Virus record (IMG/VR): IMGVR_UViG_3300028115_001816
Coordinates: 1 to 64,000 of that record
DNA from: a virus
Direction: 5' to 3' (one strand)
DNA length: 64,000 bases
The notes under the pieces are model-generated. The model had not been told where the DNA came from. It searched no databases and saw only the letters and a list, made by a program, of their open reading frames with translations. Positions 37,042 through 46,620 of this stretch are shown here, piece by piece (within the stretch, counting starts at the first letter, position 1; every line of letters starts with the position of its first letter). The translations under genes and the position numbers were made by a program.

Positions 37042-37386
37042 ATGACAAATCAAGAAGAATATGCTCGTGAAAGATTCGAGCTCAATAGACAAAAACAAAC
37101 ACTAAAAGAACAACAACAACAAAGATTGACTGTGCCTTATAATGGAGGACTGTTCAAAGTTGATATGACACTGCTAAACTATTTGTACATGAAGTGTGCA
37201 AATGCAGGATTATTTCAATCCAGCAGAGAGGATATACTAACTGACAGTTACGATACACCTATAAAAATAGATGTGCAAGAATTATTAGTACTAGCAGACC
37301 AACGTTGGAAAGAAGTTCATAATGATTGGTACAATCAATACCAAGAACTTAAAACAAAACGCAAAGCAGGTGACGTTGAAGTCTAA
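37042..37386 (+). CDS. Hypothetical protein
   Basis: First ORF after the promoter; no recognised motif. Confidence 0.7.
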   Translation: MTNQEEYARERFELNRQKQTLKEQQQQRLTVPYNGGLFKVDMTLLNYLYMKCANAGLFQSSREDILTDSYDTPIKIDVQELLVLADQRWKEVHNDWYNQYQELKTKRKAGDVEV

Positions 37387-38155
37387 AGGTGTACTGTTAT
37401 TATACAGTGAGAATAGTAAGTTAGATTATGAACGTCTGGCTGAACTTGCAGCACGACTAGCAGAGCATTATTTAGGTGTTCCTAGTACTATTGTAAAACT
37501 AGATGTTGTCCAAGAAAATATTCGTACATTTAGATATGAAGATGGCGTTGAAACTATAGCATGGAATAACATAGGACGTTATGATGCTTTTAATTTAAGT
37601 CCATATGATGAAACCATTCTTATTGATACCGACTATTTCATTCAAAATGATAACCTAGCAAACTATTTTGAAACCGATCAAGACTTTTTATGTCATAATA
37701 GTAGTTATGATGTAACAGGAAATGAGATATTTAGACACAACCGTTTTTTAGAAAGTGGTGGTAATGGATTTGAAATGCGTTGGGCCACAGTAGTATATTT
37801 TAAGAAGAGCAAACATGCAAAACAGATCTTTGATACTTGGAGGACTGTTTACGAAAATTATGAATATTATGGTAAATTGTTAGGATTTAGACGTACGCCT
37901 TTTCGAAATGATTTTGCATTAAGTATTGCTCACAATATTTGTAATGGATATGCAAATACAAACACATTTGTACACAACTTGCCTGCAATAAGCACAACAG
38001 ACAGTGTAATAGACTATGGAAATAATAATTGGTTAATCAAATATAATATTAGAAATAGTAAAAACATAATGCGTTATAAGGGTGATTTACATGTTATGAA
38101 TAAAAAATGTATTTTACAAACTGACGTATACGATAAACTATGGAATAGTATATGA
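37376..38155 (+). CDS. GT-A fold glycosyltransferase-like protein
   Basis: LSPYDETILIDTDY (DxD), RNDFALSIA, HVMNK; likely TTG start at 37376 after AGGTG (track start 37322). Confidence 0.65.
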   Translation: MKSKGVLLLYSENSKLDYERLAELAARLAEHYLGVPSTIVKLDVVQENIRTFRYEDGVETIAWNNIGRYDAFNLSPYDETILIDTDYFIQNDNLANYFETDQDFLCHNSSYDVTGNEIFRHNRFLESGGNGFEMRWATVVYFKKSKHAKQIFDTWRTVYENYEYYGKLLGFRRTPFRNDFALSIAHNICNGYANTNTFVHNLPAISTTDSVIDYGNNNWLIKYNIRNSKNIMRYKGDLHVMNKKCILQTDVYDKLWNSI

Positions 38156-38970
38156 GAGAAAAGAAATACAACCAAGGATATTTAACTTTTGCTCAAGGCA
38201 AACAATATCTAAATTGTGCCTACTTGCTTGCTCTTAGTGTTAAAACTTATTGTAAAATTAATAAGTTTGCAGTTGTTGTAGACGAAAATACTCCTGTGCC
38301 AGAACATATGACTAGAGTTTTTGATGAAGTTATTACAATACCTACTATGGAACCTTTTGCAAATGAGTGCCTAGCATGGGAACTTACACCATTTAAAGAA
38401 ACATTTAAGGTTGAGAGTGATATGCTTATTACAAGTAGTATAGATCACTGGTGGTCAGGGGTTAGACTCAAAAATATTTGTTTTACTACACAAGTTTGTA
38501 ACTATAGAGGTGAGTTTGCAGATGATAGTAACTATAGAAAAATGTGGCAAGAAAACAATATGCTCAATGTTTATAATGGCTTTATGTATTTTAGGCATTG
38601 TGTAGAAACAAAGAAGTTTTTTGACGATTGCAAAACTGTATTAAATACATTTAATATATACAAATCGAGTATTTTGAAAAATTGCAGACACGAGTACGCA
38701 GATACAGATGTGTTTATGAGCATAGTTGCTACTGAAACTGGTAGCGAAGATTTTTATGTGCCGACACTAGACTATCCGACATTCACACATATGAAACGTT
38801 ATATAAATCGATTTGGTACAGATGATTGGCGTGATGCGTGTAGTTGGGCATTAACAGATGATAAAATATTTTTAGTAAATGGATATGCCCAAACACGCCC
38901 TTTCCATTATTATCACAAAGACTTTTGCACAGAGGAGTTAACCAAAAGATATGAGCAGTTCGTTCTTTGA
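38152..38970 (+). CDS. GT-A fold glycosyltransferase-like protein
   Basis: QGYLTFAQ, FDEVI, LTPFKETFKVESDM (ExD), PFHYYHK; paralog of previous gene. Confidence 0.6.
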   Translation: MREKKYNQGYLTFAQGKQYLNCAYLLALSVKTYCKINKFAVVVDENTPVPEHMTRVFDEVITIPTMEPFANECLAWELTPFKETFKVESDMLITSSIDHWWSGVRLKNICFTTQVCNYRGEFADDSNYRKMWQENNMLNVYNGFMYFRHCVETKKFFDDCKTVLNTFNIYKSSILKNCRHEYADTDVFMSIVATETGSEDFYVPTLDYPTFTHMKRYINRFGTDDWRDACSWALTDDKIFLVNGYAQTRPFHYYHKDFCTEELTKRYEQFVL

Positions 38971-39235
38971 AGCACAACATGTATTCGAGTCTGCACCACC
39001 TCCAGAAATACGTTTGTATTATAATCAAGAAGGTGTTATACTTGATAAAAAATATGTAAAAAAGGATTTATCCGAAAACAAAACTTACATTGTAATTACA
39101 CAAGAACAGTATGATGCAATCAATTTTGAAAGACATCGTGTAATAGATAAAGAATTAGTTTGGATAACGCCTAAAAAAACAAACTGGTTTTTAAAACAGG
39201 AAGAATTAGCAAGGAATCCTTATGTCAAAGATTGA
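38951..39235 (+). CDS. Hypothetical protein
   Basis: Overlaps both neighbours in the coupled operon. Confidence 0.6.
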   Translation: MSSSFFEAQHVFESAPPPEIRLYYNQEGVILDKKYVKKDLSENKTYIVITQEQYDAINFERHRVIDKELVWITPKKTNWFLKQEELARNPYVKD

Positions 39236-40133
39236 TGTAGCAGATTTAGATTGTATATATCTAAGTTATGATGAACCTAAAAAAGAAGAGTTCTGGGCTA
39301 AGATACAAAACATGGTACCCTGGGCAAAACGTGTTGACGGCGTTAAAGGATCTGATGCTGCACACAAAGCAGCAGCCAGTGCTAGTGATACTGAGCGTTT
39401 TGTACTAATAGATGGCGACAATATGCCTTATCCAGAATTTTTCGATATAACTTTAGATATAAAACCTGAACATGAAGACTGTGTATTTCGTTGGAAAGCA
39501 GTGAACGCAGTCAACGGACTTATGTATGGTAACGGAGGTATAAGTTGTTGGACACGTGAGTTTGTAAACAACATGCAGACACATGAAAATAGCAATGGAG
39601 CAGATGAAAACGAAGTAGAGTTTTGTTATGATCCAAAATATTTGGCTATGAATAATGTTTATAGCACCACGCATCCTAATGGTGATGAGTTCCACGCATG
39701 GAGAGCAGGATTTAGAGAAGGTGTAAAGATGTGTTTGAAGAAAGGCACAAAGCCTAGTCTGTTAGAATTTAACGAAATGGTTCATCGCAGTAACTTTGAT
39801 AGACTAAGCATATGGCACAACATAGGTGCTGACGCAGAATATGGTGATAGTTGTATAGCAGGTGCTAGATATGGTACTTACAGGACAATGCTTACTGAAT
39901 GGGATTACACAGAAGTACAAGACTTTTACCATTTAGGCGAAATATACAGTGAATGGAAGACTGTTGATCAAACAAACATAAACAAGTTATTACAAACACG
40001 TTTAGGATTACACATAAGTGAGTTTACAAGTGAACAGAGTAAATTTTTTAAAAAACACTACTACAATACCTATACAAAATCAGATCCTATGACATTAGAA
40101 ATAGATATGCTAAGAAAGTCTGAAGGATGGTAA
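39222..40133 (+). CDS. Glycosyltransferase-like protein
   Basis: LSYDEP, RVDGVKGSDAAHKAAA, FVLIDGDN (DxD), NGLMYGNGG, AWRAGFREGVKM. Confidence 0.6.
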   Translation: MSKIDVADLDCIYLSYDEPKKEEFWAKIQNMVPWAKRVDGVKGSDAAHKAAASASDTERFVLIDGDNMPYPEFFDITLDIKPEHEDCVFRWKAVNAVNGLMYGNGGISCWTREFVNNMQTHENSNGADENEVEFCYDPKYLAMNNVYSTTHPNGDEFHAWRAGFREGVKMCLKKGTKPSLLEFNEMVHRSNFDRLSIWHNIGADAEYGDSCIAGARYGTYRTMLTEWDYTEVQDFYHLGEIYSEWKTVDQTNINKLLQTRLGLHISEFTSEQSKFFKKHYYNTYTKSDPMTLEIDMLRKSEGW

Positions 40134-41101
40134 CAATAGATATTACGCCTTACTGTGGAGCATCTAGGAATTGGAATACTGAAATATTAGCCTGTAAGAT
40201 TGCTCAAAACTCTAATGAAAAAATTATATTAGACCTCAAACATGAGGGTTGGGATATAGTTGAAAATGGTATAGAACAAAAGGTAAAGATTATTTGTGAT
40301 GAATTAAAAATACCTTACACACAAATAGAATTTAGAAGTAGTGATAGACTATGCAAAGCAAAAACATTCAAACATAAAAATACTATCGAACTTTTAAACT
40401 TTTTTGCAAGACTTTTTCAACAAGATATTCAAATAGTTTTGCCTAATAAGTTTCAATATGGATTATTCTGTGGTCGTGCAAGCAATGAAAGGTTATATGC
40501 CTTTTATCATCACAAAAATTGGAAGTATTCGAATAAAGGCAAAGCAAGTATGCATTTAGATGTTAATGATGTGCCGGAAGTTACTAGTGATTATGCAGAA
40601 TTTATCATTGAGTATAACAAAAAATGGAAAGAACTATGTAAAATACTACCATATAGCGATGTATCTCATTACATGAAACCTCCATTGCGTAGACAATCTG
40701 AAGACAAAAATCTATGGAATAACATTTATAAAGACATAGCAATAGAAATTGTTTGTGAAACAAATACAACTCCAGATACTTTTTTCATGACTGAAAAAAT
40801 TATACGTCCTATTGCATATGGAAAACTTTTTTTAGTAATAGGCAGTCCTAACTTTGAATTAAATTTAAAACATATTGGCTTTGACATTTTTGATGATATT
40901 ATTGACAAAAATTATGATAAAGAAAGTAGTTACATGAGAGTAGATAATGTTTTTCAAAGTTTAGAAAAGTTTTTAAGTAATCCAATAGATATAGAAGCAT
41001 TACTGCCACGACTAGAAGCAAACAAAAAAGTTTTAAATAAATTACCAGTGACAATGGCTGGAAACAAGATAGCAAAACTATTAGGACTTGATAATGAGTG
41101 A
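40127..41101 (+). CDS. GT10-like (fucosyltransferase-motif) glycosyltransferase candidate
   Basis: EIVCET..FMTEKIIRPI..FLVIG..GFDIFDDIIDKNYD resembles the GT10 E..YITEK donor motif. Confidence 0.5.
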   Translation: MVTIDITPYCGASRNWNTEILACKIAQNSNEKIILDLKHEGWDIVENGIEQKVKIICDELKIPYTQIEFRSSDRLCKAKTFKHKNTIELLNFFARLFQQDIQIVLPNKFQYGLFCGRASNERLYAFYHHKNWKYSNKGKASMHLDVNDVPEVTSDYAEFIIEYNKKWKELCKILPYSDVSHYMKPPLRRQSEDKNLWNNIYKDIAIEIVCETNTTPDTFFMTEKIIRPIAYGKLFLVIGSPNFELNLKHIGFDIFDDIIDKNYDKESSYMRVDNVFQSLEKFLSNPIDIEALLPRLEANKKVLNKLPVTMAGNKIAKLLGLDNE

Positions 41102-42452
41102 TTACTATCAAGATGCACTTGTTGCAAAAGATAAATTAGCAAATATAAGTGATAGTTTCTGTTTGGCTAAATGGAAACAAGTAAGTCTGCATCTTACTAC
41201 TGGACATACTAATAGTTGTTATCATCCTCCTTTACATAAAATTCCAATTGCACCACTCTGGGATAATCCTAGTGCATTACATAATACAGAACACAAAAAA
41301 CAAAGTCGCCGTGAAATGATGCAAGGCGTAAAATGTACAGATTGTAATTATTGTTGGAATATAGAAGCACAAGGTAACATAAGTGATAGGCATTATCGTA
41401 GTGGTGAGCCTTGGGCAATGGATAGTTTTGATGAAATAGTTGCTAATCCAGATGCAGATATAAATCCTAGTTATGTAGAAGTTAATTTTAATAATGTTTG
41501 TAATCTTGCATGTAGTTATTGTTCACCACAATTTAGTAGTACATGGACAAAAGAAACTAATTCACTAGGTGCATGGCCCACTACTACACCTCATAATGCT
41601 CCAGAACACTTTACAGGTGAACGCAGAGCAATACCTAACAGAGAAGAAAATCCATACAGAGAAGCATTTTGGCGTTGGTGGCCTGACCTATATAAAGATT
41701 TAAAACATTTTCGTATGACAGGAGGCGAACCTACTATGGATCCAAACACTTACCGTGTGTTTGACTATGTGCTTGAGAATCCCAAAACAGATCTTCATCT
41801 AAATACTACAAGTAATTTTAGCGTTGAAGAAAAGATATGGCAAAAGTACAAGTCGTATGTTCAGCGACTATGTCAAGGTCAACAAATAGAGCATTTTATG
41901 CAATTTGTCAGTCTCGATACTTGGGGTTCTCAAGCAGAATACATTAGACATGGTTTAAACTTTGACCTTGCGATAAATAGATGTGAAGAGTTTGTTAGAG
42001 ATGTACCATATAGAAGCAGTCTAACATTCATCATCACAATGAACAACCTTAGTATTCTTTCATTAAAAAAACTTTTAGAGTATATAGTATACTTGCGTAA
42101 AACATATACAGATACGTATCAACGTATTTGGTTCGATACACCGCTTTTGTATACACCAGAATGGCAAAGTTTACAAATACTTCCTAAAGAATTTAGTATT
42201 TTAATGGATGATATAGTGAAGTATATGGAAGATAACTTAGATGAAATGCATGGATTTAAAGATTACGAAGTTCTTAAGATGAAGAGAGATAGAGATTGGA
42301 TGTTAGCAGGTACAGAAAATGTAGAACGTAAAAGAGGTGACTTTTTTAAGTTTTTTAGCGAACATGATCGTCGCAGAGGAACAAACTTTTTAGAAACATT
42401 TCCTGAGATGGCAACTTTTTGGCAACAGTGCGAGTATTGGAGTAGTAAATGA
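41088..42452 (+). CDS. N-terminal twitch-domain radical SAM protein
   Basis: FCLAKW..SCYH..CNYCW, then CNLACSYC, TGGEP. Confidence 0.88.
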   Translation: MIMSDYYQDALVAKDKLANISDSFCLAKWKQVSLHLTTGHTNSCYHPPLHKIPIAPLWDNPSALHNTEHKKQSRREMMQGVKCTDCNYCWNIEAQGNISDRHYRSGEPWAMDSFDEIVANPDADINPSYVEVNFNNVCNLACSYCSPQFSSTWTKETNSLGAWPTTTPHNAPEHFTGERRAIPNREENPYREAFWRWWPDLYKDLKHFRMTGGEPTMDPNTYRVFDYVLENPKTDLHLNTTSNFSVEEKIWQKYKSYVQRLCQGQQIEHFMQFVSLDTWGSQAEYIRHGLNFDLAINRCEEFVRDVPYRSSLTFIITMNNLSILSLKKLLEYIVYLRKTYTDTYQRIWFDTPLLYTPEWQSLQILPKEFSILMDDIVKYMEDNLDEMHGFKDYEVLKMKRDRDWMLAGTENVERKRGDFFKFFSEHDRRRGTNFLETFPEMATFWQQCEYWSSK

Positions 42453-42826
42453 ATAGAATAAAAAAACTTAATCCTTCTATAAATCCTATTACGTTTAAGG
42501 ACGGAAGAGGCATTATACAGACTTACCTGCCAGAAACAGATACAATAAAAGAATGGAACTATATTGTTACACTTAAAGGTGCTGTAAGAGGACATCATTA
42601 TCATAAAGAATTTGATGAATATATTATGTTTGTTGATGGTGAGGGTGTATACACTGAACTAACAGATGGCAAAGAGCTAGTAACTCCAGTAGCATCTGGT
42701 GATTGTGTATACTTACCCATGCATGTACCACATACATTCTATCCTACTGCTGACTGCAAAATGATTGCACTGATTACTAAAAGATGGGATAAATGCCAAG
42801 AACCTATAACAAAGGTACAGATATGA
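42449..42826 (+). CDS. Cupin, FdtA/WxcM-like sugar ketoisomerase
   Basis: DGRG, VRGHHYH, PMHVPH cupin motifs. Confidence 0.7.
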   Translation: MNRIKKLNPSINPITFKDGRGIIQTYLPETDTIKEWNYIVTLKGAVRGHHYHKEFDEYIMFVDGEGVYTELTDGKELVTPVASGDCVYLPMHVPHTFYPTADCKMIALITKRWDKCQEPITKVQI

Positions 42827-43719
42827 AAATAATGATTACAGGTGCATTAGGTTATTTAGGCACTCAACTTCTATCACAACTTGTTGATACTGATGTAGAA
42901 ATAATAGCCATTGACAATAGCACTGAAGCAATATCAAGTCGATTAGGAAGTTTTTTATACAACACTAAATTTTCTTTTTACAATGTAAATGTAACCGATA
43001 CACAGCGATTAAACGCATTGCCCAAAGTTGATTTAATTGTACATTTAGCCAGTGTGGTAGGATATATTAGTTGTAATATTACTCCTGGACTAGCACATGA
43101 CACAAACGTAATAGGTACAGAAAATATTGCTAATTTAAATACTCCTGTTATATATCTAAGCAGTGGAAGTATATACGGTGAAATCGGAGACGTGTGCAAT
43201 GAGGAAACACAAATTAATCCTAAAAGTCTATATGCCGAACATAAAGTTCTCGGCGAGAAGGCGGTAAGTCGCGTTTCCAATGTTATACTTAGACCTGCGA
43301 CATTGTTTGGCTGTAGTTATAAGATCAGAGACGACTTACTGGTACACACACTGATACAAGACGCAGTTAGAACTAACTATATAGATTTATATCAGCCTTA
43401 TGCTCGTAGAAGTTTTTATAGCGTCCGTAAAATGGCTAGTCTTTTAAAATATATATGTGAAAATTACAGTAAATTTGAAGGTGAAGTAGTGAACGTAGGA
43501 TGTGAAACCGGAAACCTTACTAAAAGACAGTTATGTGAAATTATTTCAAAATATACTAACACGGATATTAGAATAGTGCTTGGCCAGGATTTGGATAGTA
43601 GAGATTATAACATTGATTATGGAAAACTTAAATCTTTATGGTCAGAGTATGATGAAAATTTTGAATTACATATACCCAAATTGGTGAGATATTATGAAAA
43701 TATTAGTAACAGGAAGTAG
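42823..43719 (+). CDS. NAD-dependent epimerase/dehydratase (extended SDR)
   Basis: MKIMITGALGYLG, HLA, SSGSIYG, YAEHK; start at second Met overlapping upstream stop. Confidence 0.88.
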   Translation: MKIMITGALGYLGTQLLSQLVDTDVEIIAIDNSTEAISSRLGSFLYNTKFSFYNVNVTDTQRLNALPKVDLIVHLASVVGYISCNITPGLAHDTNVIGTENIANLNTPVIYLSSGSIYGEIGDVCNEETQINPKSLYAEHKVLGEKAVSRVSNVILRPATLFGCSYKIRDDLLVHTLIQDAVRTNYIDLYQPYARRSFYSVRKMASLLKYICENYSKFEGEVVNVGCETGNLTKRQLCEIISKYTNTDIRIVLGQDLDSRDYNIDYGKLKSLWSEYDENFELHIPKLVRYYENISNRK

Positions 43720-44506
43720 GGGTTTCTTCGGACAAAATTGTGTAAAGTATTTTACACAGCGTGGGCATAGTGTTACTGCTTGGACAGAAGATGTTAGAAT
43801 AAGTATGCCTGATGAAAACTATGACGTTTTGATGCCATTTGCTTGTAAGATAGGCGGTCGTAAAGGTATGGATAACAAGGCCTTGATGATAGCGGGAAAT
43901 GTTGAAATAGACAGATGCCAATTTTTGTGGGCAGAAAAGCACTGTGGCAGGATAGTATATCCAGGCAGTAGTAGTGCTTATCCACGTGAAGATTCAATAT
44001 TCTTAGAGCATAGGGTAGGAAGCGACATTCCGTCGGACGATATATATGGACTTTACAATTATTTTAGTGAACGAATGCTTGCCCATTGTAGCATTCCTTC
44101 TAGCATTGTTAGACCAGTTAATGTATACGGACCTGGACAAAGTTTACACTATCCAATGCCTAGTATTATTGAACGTACAAAACGTGGAGAATGCAGTGTA
44201 TGGGGTAGCGGAAAACAAGCACGAGATTGGATACACATTGATGATGTAATGCGTATATTTGAATACTGTGCTACTAGCAATGAAAATATTATAGTTAACG
44301 CCGGTTGTGGGACGGCAATAACTTTTATAGAACTTGCTGAAACTGTGTATCGTATTATACACGGGCATACTATACCAGTAATAACAGATCCTTCTCAACC
44401 CGAAGGCCCATTATATAGGCAAGCAGATATCACACGATTAGAAAGTTTTGGATTGCTTCCCCTTATTAGTTTACAAGAAGGTATTAAGGGAATGATTGAT
44501 GCTTGA
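43694..44506 (+). CDS. NAD-dependent epimerase/dehydratase, atypical YxxxN
   Basis: TGSRGFFG, SSSAYP, RPVNVYGPGQ, RDWIHIDD; catalytic motif reads YGLYN. Confidence 0.82.
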   Translation: MKILVTGSRGFFGQNCVKYFTQRGHSVTAWTEDVRISMPDENYDVLMPFACKIGGRKGMDNKALMIAGNVEIDRCQFLWAEKHCGRIVYPGSSSAYPREDSIFLEHRVGSDIPSDDIYGLYNYFSERMLAHCSIPSSIVRPVNVYGPGQSLHYPMPSIIERTKRGECSVWGSGKQARDWIHIDDVMRIFEYCATSNENIIVNAGCGTAITFIELAETVYRIIHGHTIPVITDPSQPEGPLYRQADITRLESFGLLPLISLQEGIKGMIDA

Positions 44507-45539
44507 AAAAGTTGGAATTCACTTTCCTAAAGATTGGCAATATGGACCTGAAGAAATACATATATTTGATAGCACTGCAAAACAAGTAGACAAACAGTTT
44601 CCTAATGATCGTAATCTAGTTATAAACACTACTTGGTTTGGTCCTCAATTTTCTAATGGCGAATGGAAAAAGGCTAACAGTTTTGATCAAGATTTTGATA
44701 ATCTATTCTTGCTTAGTGTAATAGATCCTTTACACTTGCAAAATGAAGACTTAGATTTGCTAATAAAGAAATATAACATAAAAAATGTTTATAGGATAGG
44801 AATGTTTGAAGGCAGTGAGCACGAATGGAACTTTCATGCGTTAATCGGCAAGGATCTGATGCCCAATTATACTGAAGAACAAGTGCTAATGCAAGATCCT
44901 ACATATATCTATATGCTTTATCAACGTAAACCAAGATATCATAGAATAGAAATAACGGAGATACTTAGACAACGTAATTTATTACAAGATGGAATAGTTA
45001 CATTAGGAGGACCAGATTCTGAAACAAAGTGGGAAGGTCATCATAAAGATTGGGAAGTTTTAAAAATCGAAGATTATCCAGAGAATTATTTAGGTACAGG
45101 AGGTCCAAAAGATGCATTTGGCGGAGTGCCTGATGATTTAGTAACAGTTGGCAGACTAGATTTATGGCAATCCCATTTTTTAAATATATCTAGCGAAACA
45201 GTGTTTGATGAATGGGAACCGTTATTAGTCACAGAAAAGATGTGGAAACCTATTATTGGGCTAAGACCTTTCATAGTGCATGGAAACCCTAAAACATATT
45301 CTTGGATGAGAAAAAATGGTTTCAAAACATTTAATAATTACTGGAAACATATTGATGTGGAAAATCTTGGTGCTCATGATACTGTTTATAGAGTTATAGA
45401 ATTTCTAAAAACACAAGATCTATCAAAAATGTACATTGACATGTTAGCAGACTTACGCTACAATAAAGAACGATTTTATGAGTTTAGTAGCGAGCAAGAA
45501 TATAAAATGGAGAACATTTTTGAAAATTATAAGCCCTAA
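44496..45539 (+). CDS. GT10-like glycosyltransferase candidate
   Basis: RKPRYHR, LNISSET..VTEKMWKPIIGLRPFIVHG..GFKTF. Confidence 0.5.
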   Translation: MMLEKVGIHFPKDWQYGPEEIHIFDSTAKQVDKQFPNDRNLVINTTWFGPQFSNGEWKKANSFDQDFDNLFLLSVIDPLHLQNEDLDLLIKKYNIKNVYRIGMFEGSEHEWNFHALIGKDLMPNYTEEQVLMQDPTYIYMLYQRKPRYHRIEITEILRQRNLLQDGIVTLGGPDSETKWEGHHKDWEVLKIEDYPENYLGTGGPKDAFGGVPDDLVTVGRLDLWQSHFLNISSETVFDEWEPLLVTEKMWKPIIGLRPFIVHGNPKTYSWMRKNGFKTFNNYWKHIDVENLGAHDTVYRVIEFLKTQDLSKMYIDMLADLRYNKERFYEFSSEQEYKMENIFENYKP

Positions 45540-46620
45540 TATTTTTTTCCCTCGTATGCTTTTGGAAGAATATAAAGAATATTTTGAAAAAGCACATAGT
45601 AAACTAAGTCCTTGTGATAGTATCTTTGTTTGTATGTTCGATGATATAAAAAGTTATGCTTTTACCCAAAATAAGGTTATTATATTTTATATAGATACTT
45701 TTTTTGATCATAGACAAATTGAAGATTATGTTGAAGTTTTTAATTTACATAAAGATAAACAATTTTATGTTTTTTCAGATAAGTTCAATTTACAGTCTGA
45801 TATGTATGCACCAAATTGTAAACATTTTCAAATAGGATTAGGTGATCAAAGTGTTCTACAATTAGGCACACATGCTACCGCAGTTGAGGATAAGAATTTT
45901 GATAGTGACTGTATTGGTATTTCTTTAAATAGACAACCTAGAAATTTTAGGTTAATGCTTATCTCTTATTTACTAGGCATAAATTTTAATCAACATTGTA
46001 GGATTACTGCACCATTACTACAGACAAGAATTAAAGAAGAGAAAAATATTCTAAATATATGTAATTATGATTTTTATGACTACACAGATACTATACTAAA
46101 GGGTTGGGAAAAAGCCAAACAAAATGATGGAATAACAGATACAACTGATGCGTGGGAGCCTATTAATGTAAAGGAAAAAGTAAAGTCTGATGAGACAGTA
46201 AATCCTTTAGAAAATTATAATCTTAGACTAACACCAATGTTTAAAAACAGTTTTGTTGAGGTTGTGTGTGAAACGAACTACGATTACAATTTTTCCTGTA
46301 TCACTGAAAAAACAATGCAAAACCAATTAGGAAAAAATTTTCCACTATATATGTGCAATACTGGGTATGTAAAATACTTACGTGATAATGGTTTTGATTG
46401 TTTTGATGATATTATAGACCACTCTTATGATAAAGAGACAGATCCAATTTTGCGAATGGTAAAAATGATACAAGATAATAAAATGTTGTTTATTGATACA
46501 GAAAAAACCAAAAACCTGTGGATTAAAAATAGTAATAGGTTTGATTACAATGTAAAATGCTTAGTTAAAATATATACTGATATAAGTAATAAAATTAAGA
46601 ATGTATTAGATGAATTGTGA
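45478..46620 (+). CDS. GT10-like glycosyltransferase candidate (start uncertain)
   Basis: SLNRQPRNFR, EVVCET..ITEKT..FPL..GFDCFDDIIDHSYD. Confidence 0.5.
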   Translation: MSLVASKNIKWRTFLKIISPNIFFPRMLLEEYKEYFEKAHSKLSPCDSIFVCMFDDIKSYAFTQNKVIIFYIDTFFDHRQIEDYVEVFNLHKDKQFYVFSDKFNLQSDMYAPNCKHFQIGLGDQSVLQLGTHATAVEDKNFDSDCIGISLNRQPRNFRLMLISYLLGINFNQHCRITAPLLQTRIKEEKNILNICNYDFYDYTDTILKGWEKAKQNDGITDTTDAWEPINVKEKVKSDETVNPLENYNLRLTPMFKNSFVEVVCETNYDYNFSCITEKTMQNQLGKNFPLYMCNTGYVKYLRDNGFDCFDDIIDHSYDKETDPILRMVKMIQDNKMLFIDTEKTKNLWIKNSNRFDYNVKCLVKIYTDISNKIKNVLDEL

